A stretch of 64,000 bases of DNA from an uncultured Victivallales bacterium (GTDB taxonomy: Bacteria; Verrucomicrobiota; Kiritimatiellia; UBA8416). The position numbers and the translations under genes are program-made. The stretch is taken from NCBI GenBank assembly GCA_964576795.1, contig CAZNWT010000004.1:35707-99706 (forward strand), in the 5' to 3' direction. Positions 58,946 through 64,000 of this stretch are shown here, one piece after another. The notes below the pieces were generated by a model, which worked only from the letters and a program-made list of their open reading frames with translations, had not been told where the DNA came from and made no database searches. Positions within the stretch are counted from its first letter, which is position 1. The number at the start of each line of letters is the position of its first letter.

Positions 58946-60115
58946 ATGTCTCGAACTATGCGGATCGATTTGATCCCCGATGTTCCTAAGGAGCCTGCCA
59001 AAGGGGGGGGGCAACGTCCCGTAGTTGTTTCTTCTACTTCAAGCGCTTCTTCCAAGCGAAATCAACTCCGTCTTCCTCTCACCTCATCTGGAGACCTTGG
59101 CGATTCTCGGTATCACGAGCTCCTTCACAGTATTTATGACGCGGCGCTCATTACGGATATGGATGGCGTGATTGAGGAAGTTAATACGCGTGCTGTCGAT
59201 TTTTTGCTGTGGACGCGTGATGATTTGGTTGGTGTTTCTGTGACGGATATTATCGCGGGTGCTGATTATTCTCTGATTTCGACACTTGCTGAAAATCTAA
59301 AGAAGGATCGCTTTACTCTGATTCAGGCGTACTGCACGCGTGAAGATGGATCTCTTTTTCCTGCCGAAATTGCGGTGAACCAATTTCGTAAAGGCGATGG
59401 TAATCTCTGTTTTTTCCTTCGTGATATCACGATTCGGCGCCAGGCTGAAGAGATGCTACGTACCGAGCACAATGCAATTCAGCATGCGGCTAATGGTATT
59501 GCGATTGCGAATTTGGCTGCAAATCTTGAGTATGTGAATCCTGCATTTGCCGATATGCTGGGGCACGAATCTCCCGAATCCCTTTCGGGCGTTGACATAC
59601 GGCGAGTTCTGGGGGCAGGGGATACAACGGATATAATGCTGGAGGAAGTTCTGGTTAATGGGCACGCGTGGAATGGCGAGATATCTGTTCAGAAGCCATC
59701 TGGTGAGCACGTTGAGCTTGGCGTTTTGGCGACCTGCAACCGTAATTCTGATGGGGATACGGTTGGTGTTGTTTTCTCGTTTATGGATTTGTCGGATCGA
59801 AACCGGGCGGAGACTGCGATGCGGGAGTCAGAGCGCCAGCGGGTCATGCTTGAGAGTCTGGGGGCAGCCTGCCACCATTTAGGGCAGCCTGCTACGGTTC
59901 TTATGGCCAATCTGGGGATTATTAAGGCGCGATTGGAGTCGTCTGACAGTCTTGTTTGTGATCTTGTAGACAATAGTCTGGATGCTGTGACGCGCTTGGG
60001 TGAGGTGCTCCACAAGCTCAATGATGTTAATGAATATCGAACGACGCGATATCTGGGAACGGATTCAGATGAAACGGATGATAATAACCCCAGAAGCATG
60101 ATTCTCGATATCTGA
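58946..60115 (+). CDS. tandem PAS-domain protein without recognisable output domain
   Basis: Two PAS cores (YDAALITDMDGVIEEVN..., AIQHAANGIAIANLAANLEYVNPAF...). ATG at 58946. Confidence 0.65.
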   Translation: MSRTMRIDLIPDVPKEPAKGGGQRPVVVSSTSSASSKRNQLRLPLTSSGDLGDSRYHELLHSIYDAALITDMDGVIEEVNTRAVDFLLWTRDDLVGVSVTDIIAGADYSLISTLAENLKKDRFTLIQAYCTREDGSLFPAEIAVNQFRKGDGNLCFFLRDITIRRQAEEMLRTEHNAIQHAANGIAIANLAANLEYVNPAFADMLGHESPESLSGVDIRRVLGAGDTTDIMLEEVLVNGHAWNGEISVQKPSGEHVELGVLATCNRNSDGDTVGVVFSFMDLSDRNRAETAMRESERQRVMLESLGAACHHLGQPATVLMANLGIIKARLESSDSLVCDLVDNSLDAVTRLGEVLHKLNDVNEYRTTRYLGTDSDETDDNNPRSMILDI

Positions 60116-62305
60116 TTGGCAATGATAATGTGGGCGTACTACGCGGCGGTTTTCCTTGGGGCCTTTCTCCTGTTTCTGATTCAGCCCATGCTGACAAAGG
60201 CACTTTTGCCTAGCTTCGGAGGAAGCTATCTGGTCTGGGGTGCTTCGATGGTTTTCTATCAGGGGATGCTCCTGATGGGATATCTTTCCAGTCACTTTCT
60301 TCAACGACGCTTTGGAACCATTCGCTATGCGCGGTGGCATTGGGTGCTACTGCTAGCGCCTTTTGTTTTGTGCCCTTTTGATTTCGACCGACTCGTCATG
60401 GGGGTTCCGTCTTTGCCTCTCGCATTGGGCGTGTTTGCAATGCTTTTTGCCGCTGTCAGTATTCCGTTTCTTACGTTGGCGATGACAAGTTTGATTCTTC
60501 AGCGGTGGCTGGCGGTAACGTCGCGGGATGCCAATCCCTACGTGCTTTATAGTATTTCCAACTTAGGGTCTTTGTTGGCACTTGTGCTTTACCCTTCCGT
60601 GATCGAACCCCTGAGCAGTCTCGAGCAACAAGGCGCGTGCTGGTGGTGGGGATATGGTCTTCTGGTGATACTGCATGCGTTCTGTATGCCACGATCGCGT
60701 CATCTGGCTGCTGTCGGACGTGATGAGACTCAGGCTTCTGTGGTTATTGCGGCGACAGGGCAGGAAAAGATCCGCTGGTTGCTGTTGAGTCTGGCTGCCT
60801 GTGCAATGCTTCTGGCAGTCACCAATGTGATGACTCTCGATGTTGCCTCGTTTCCCTTTTTATGGGTATTGCCATTGGTGGTCTATCTGCTGGCATTTGT
60901 GGTGACCTTCAAGCGTGTTGCATGGTGCCCCCCTTGGATGCAGCGTGCGTTATACTGGGCTGTCATTGCAGGAGTCGCAATTCACATGCTATCGCAAGTG
61001 CGCTTAGCTCCACCCGTGGCGGTTTCCATTGGAATCCATCTGCTGGTGTTGTTTGTGGTGTCTGTGAATTGTTGCGGGCTTTTGGTTCGGTCAAAGCCGA
61101 AGGATCCTGGGGAATTGACAACCTTTTATGTGGCGATTGCGATTGGCGGGCTCTTGGGCAGCGTAGTGGTGAGTTGGATTGTGCCACTTGTTAGCAGCTC
61201 TCTTACCGAATACCTGCTGGCGCTTGCATTAACATTTGTGGCAGTTGGCGTGGCAACCCCGTCCCGCGATAATGCTCCCCTATTGTTAGAGGTGGATTGG
61301 AAAGGGGCTCTCGTTGGATGTGTTTTGATGGTGTTGGCCGTTACGGTGCTTCCCGGTGTGCTGAGTCGATGGTTGCCACCAAATGTACTTCTGATTGTGA
61401 TGGCATTGCCGGTTGCTTTCTTGCTGCGCTACCGTGCGGGTGATGCCTGGCTTACATCCGGATTGTTGGTGGCTCTGATGGTGGCATCCCCATGGACAGA
61501 GTCTCTCTCTGTACACGTAAAGGGGATGACCCGCCTGCGAAACTATTATGGTATCTATAAAATCTACGATCAGGAGGGGCTGCGCTATTTGCAGCATGGC
61601 ACCACGCAGCATGGACGCCAGTATCTGGCAGGACCAAAACGTAATGTACCGCTGGCTTATTATCATCCGACAACACCGGTGGGCGGCGTGCTGCAGCATG
61701 CCGCATTCGAATTTAAGGATATTGGGATGATTGGGTTGGGAACAGGGGCATTGGCGGCGTATGTGGGGACGGGTCAGGTCTTCACGATATATGAGCTGGA
61801 TCCGGACAATGGCAGAATTGCAGAGGACGCATTCAGCTATATTGATCAAGCACGTCACCAAGGGGCTACCGTTGAGATCGTTTACGGTGATGGTCGCGTA
61901 TCGTTGAGATCACGCCAACCTGCCTCATTCGATTTGCTCATCATTGATGCATTCAGTAGTGGCGCGATTCCGGTGCATCTTCTGACAACACAGGCCTTTG
62001 AGGCGTATATGCGGGTTTTGCGAGATGATGGAATTCTGCTGATGCATGTTTCAAATAAGATGCTCGATTTGCTGCCGGTAATCTATAGCAATGCCAGGGC
62101 GTTGAACATTAGGGGTTGCGAACAGTCCAATGCATCCCATTGTCATCCAGACGCTGAGGTGACGTATTGGGCTGCTCTTACTCGAGATCCTGCGCAGTTC
62201 CAAATCCTGGTTGGAACTCTGGGATGGTGGAGCCGTGGAGAGGCTGATTTGCCGGCTCCCTGGACCGACCAGTACAGTAATGTGCTGGGTGCGATGCTGT
62301 GGTAG
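60116..62305 (+). CDS. polytopic membrane protein fused to spermidine-synthase-like domain
   Basis: 729 aa. ~12 TM helices, then a class-I methyltransferase-like spermidine synthase fold (IGLGTGALAAY...LLIIDAFSS). Confidence 0.75.
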   Translation: MAMIMWAYYAAVFLGAFLLFLIQPMLTKALLPSFGGSYLVWGASMVFYQGMLLMGYLSSHFLQRRFGTIRYARWHWVLLLAPFVLCPFDFDRLVMGVPSLPLALGVFAMLFAAVSIPFLTLAMTSLILQRWLAVTSRDANPYVLYSISNLGSLLALVLYPSVIEPLSSLEQQGACWWWGYGLLVILHAFCMPRSRHLAAVGRDETQASVVIAATGQEKIRWLLLSLAACAMLLAVTNVMTLDVASFPFLWVLPLVVYLLAFVVTFKRVAWCPPWMQRALYWAVIAGVAIHMLSQVRLAPPVAVSIGIHLLVLFVVSVNCCGLLVRSKPKDPGELTTFYVAIAIGGLLGSVVVSWIVPLVSSSLTEYLLALALTFVAVGVATPSRDNAPLLLEVDWKGALVGCVLMVLAVTVLPGVLSRWLPPNVLLIVMALPVAFLLRYRAGDAWLTSGLLVALMVASPWTESLSVHVKGMTRLRNYYGIYKIYDQEGLRYLQHGTTQHGRQYLAGPKRNVPLAYYHPTTPVGGVLQHAAFEFKDIGMIGLGTGALAAYVGTGQVFTIYELDPDNGRIAEDAFSYIDQARHQGATVEIVYGDGRVSLRSRQPASFDLLIIDAFSSGAIPVHLLTTQAFEAYMRVLRDDGILLMHVSNKMLDLLPVIYSNARALNIRGCEQSNASHCHPDAEVTYWAALTRDPAQFQILVGTLGWWSRGEADLPAPWTDQYSNVLGAMLW

Positions 62306-62909
62306 CATAATGTGCAGCCCGATGTGGGCCTGGCTCAGGCGAAAGCCATTTGGTGGACTTTCTTCCGGATGTGCGCTGCTGACGCAACTGTTGCCACATC
62401 AAGATCGTAATTAATCCAGTTACCCGAAGGAACACGAAGGACCTCAGCTGTTGAATTCTGGTGCAACATGTACAGTTTTCGGAATGCAACCTTCTGGCTG
62501 GTCGAGGGGAAGTCTACGTGAGCATTTGCGGCTGAAGCTCTTTTTTGTCTTGTCTTGATTGGCTCTGTTTCGGAACAACCCTCAGATACTTTACCGTGAG
62601 CGATCAGGGTCAGACCGTGATAAATATCAATGACACTGTCGGTCATTCAAACTTCAACTCTTCAAGCAGCGTTGATTCTCCATTTGAAGATCCTATCCTC
62701 CCGCCAATGCTCTGTCAGTCATTTATCACGGCTGACCCTAGCGGGACTAGGAACCTGATGTGCCCCCGGCTGAAGGTCGTGGGGGGGCTACATCTCGGAG
62801 ATGTGTGCCTACTTACTCTTAACCGATGTGCTTAACCGATTCTGGACCATAGCGTGAGCTGTTCTTCCTGGCGAAAAATGAAATTGCCGAAGAGTTGGGC
62901 ATGTTGCTC

Positions 62910-63914
62910 TCAAAGTCCCCGCTGGCGGGTCATAGGCAACATCTTAACCGAGAGGGATGCGGTTGTCGAAAGCTGTGACGTCGCGATGCGATGTTCATCG
63001 CGAATGATCGCGTTTGATGGCCAACTTTGTGGCGGCCAAAAGCGGCTCCCCGGGGAAAGAATGGTTTCATAGACGGTTGCTTTTGCCTCCTGTATGGAGA
63101 GGAGCATGTCTGCATCCGGCGGCCCCGTTGCTGAGGTCTCCCAGTAGAGATGAATCACACTGAAGGACGTGTTGCTTTCAGCATAGCCTTCAAAGGCACG
63201 CAGCACGAAGCCGGTGTTTGCTTCCTGGAAAATGTTGGTTGAGGCGGTTTTGGGAATGGCTGCAACTTGCTGAGCCAGGGGGAGGCGCGGGTCCTGAGCC
63301 TCTACACGTTGAAGGGCTAGCATGGATTCCGCATGCGCCAGAAGCTTCCAGTGACCGGTTTTTAGCAGGCCTTGAAGGCGGAGGTATGTTGTGGGTTGGT
63401 AAAATCCATTTGGCGAAAAAGTGAGTCGATCGTTTGTGTCCAGAAGGATTGTATCAAGGGTTTTTGGCGTGGGGTAGGGTTTGGTAGATAGGGTGTAGGT
63501 GCCCGAACTGATGTGATGTAGGGAGTACAAGGCATCGTGCCCGGAGAGTGGTGCGAGAAATTCGAAAGTTGCCGCGATCCTTGCGGTTTCGGGGATGCTT
63601 TTTACGATGGTCTGTTTTGCTTTAATAAGGGGAAGGCCTGCCGCGGGCGGTGCCCAGTAGTGGCATGTCAAAGGAATGACGCCTCCAGCAATTGCAGCAA
63701 GAATAGGGAATCCAATTGCAAGAATTTTTGGCATCACATTCAAAATTCTGATGGGGAGTGCCTGAAGGCGGCGGATGGCGTAGATTGTCGATACAAATAC
63801 AAACGGAATGAATTCCGCCTGATAGTGGAAAATGGTTACAGTTTCGGTGGGGCGATTGGAAAGGAGGCGCTGTGCTAGAATGAGCCCTGCTGGGATCCAT
63901 GTGAGAGGACTCAA
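62910..63914 (-). CDS. hypothetical membrane-anchored protein
   Basis: 334 aa. Three N-terminal TM helices, then a soluble domain. No motif recognised. Confidence 0.5.
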   Translation of the reverse strand: MSPLTWIPAGLILAQRLLSNRPTETVTIFHYQAEFIPFVFVSTIYAIRRLQALPIRILNVMPKILAIGFPILAAIAGGVIPLTCHYWAPPAAGLPLIKAKQTIVKSIPETARIAATFEFLAPLSGHDALYSLHHISSGTYTLSTKPYPTPKTLDTILLDTNDRLTFSPNGFYQPTTYLRLQGLLKTGHWKLLAHAESMLALQRVEAQDPRLPLAQQVAAIPKTASTNIFQEANTGFVLRAFEGYAESNTSFSVIHLYWETSATGPPDADMLLSIQEAKATVYETILSPGSRFWPPQSWPSNAIIRDEHRIATSQLSTTASLSVKMLPMTRQRGL

Positions 63915-64000
63915 AAGGGGAAGAAATCCTAAAGGCGCGAAGAGCTCTTTTAGAAAACTAAGTTTTGCAGGCTCGGTGATGAGTTGCAGGGTTTTCAGGG

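Noticed and set aside
62335-62646. 103-aa minus-strand ORF in the convergent gap after the spermidine-synthase-like gene
   Set aside because: No RBS, no motif, atypical composition. Probably non-coding spacer.

Overview
This 64 kb window is a chromosomal segment from a bacterium with mid-50 % GC. Planctomycetes-Verrucomicrobia-Chlamydiae-like hallmarks are present: a small H-X9-DG/prepilin-type protein, sigma-54 (rpoN) with a sigma-54 activator, a pilMNOPQ type IV pilus cluster, and a Lys/Ala-rich histone-H1-like protein. Most of the window is ordinary housekeeping: fabF-fabG, pilT, lptF/G, gap-pgk-tpiA-secG, dnaE, gmhA, lspA-miaA-radC, a PLP-dependent decarboxylase, ogt, two peptide ABC uptake loci, a btuFCD-cbiR-like-cobU corrinoid salvage operon, pckG, mfd, rpoN, and pilMNOPQ with an adjacent degenerate sensor-kinase-like gene. 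I found no rRNA, tRNA, CRISPR array, transposase or integrase. The stand-out is at the left edge (1..5566, minus strand). It is a translationally coupled operon: NtrC-type sigma-54 activator -> Hsp20 (GvpH-like) -> two-ring Cdc48/VCP-type AAA+ ATPase -> GvpF/L-family protein -> a second GvpF/L-family paralogue that runs off the window start and is absent from the supplied ORF track. A good sigma-54 promoter (GG-N10-GC) is embedded in the 3' end of the activator gene. This looks like a gas-vesicle-type or related proteinaceous-shell accessory module built around a Cdc48-type rather than GvpN-type ATPase. Whether gvpA and the shell genes exist cannot be seen because the window ends there. Other notable items: a duplicated copy of the activator's translation-initiation region 500 bp upstream; an ~85 nt intergenic repeat present twice (upstream of lptF/G and between rpoN and mfd); a family of (YNGAAAT)n A-rich spacers at four gene junctions; a histone-H1-like::DksA/TraR fusion protein; a BtuD ATPase with an extra C-terminal domain next to a CbiR-like TIM-barrel gene; a 60-aa Cys/His sORF with its own terminator between opp and btu; and recurrent G/C 8-9-mer homopolymers inside essential genes.
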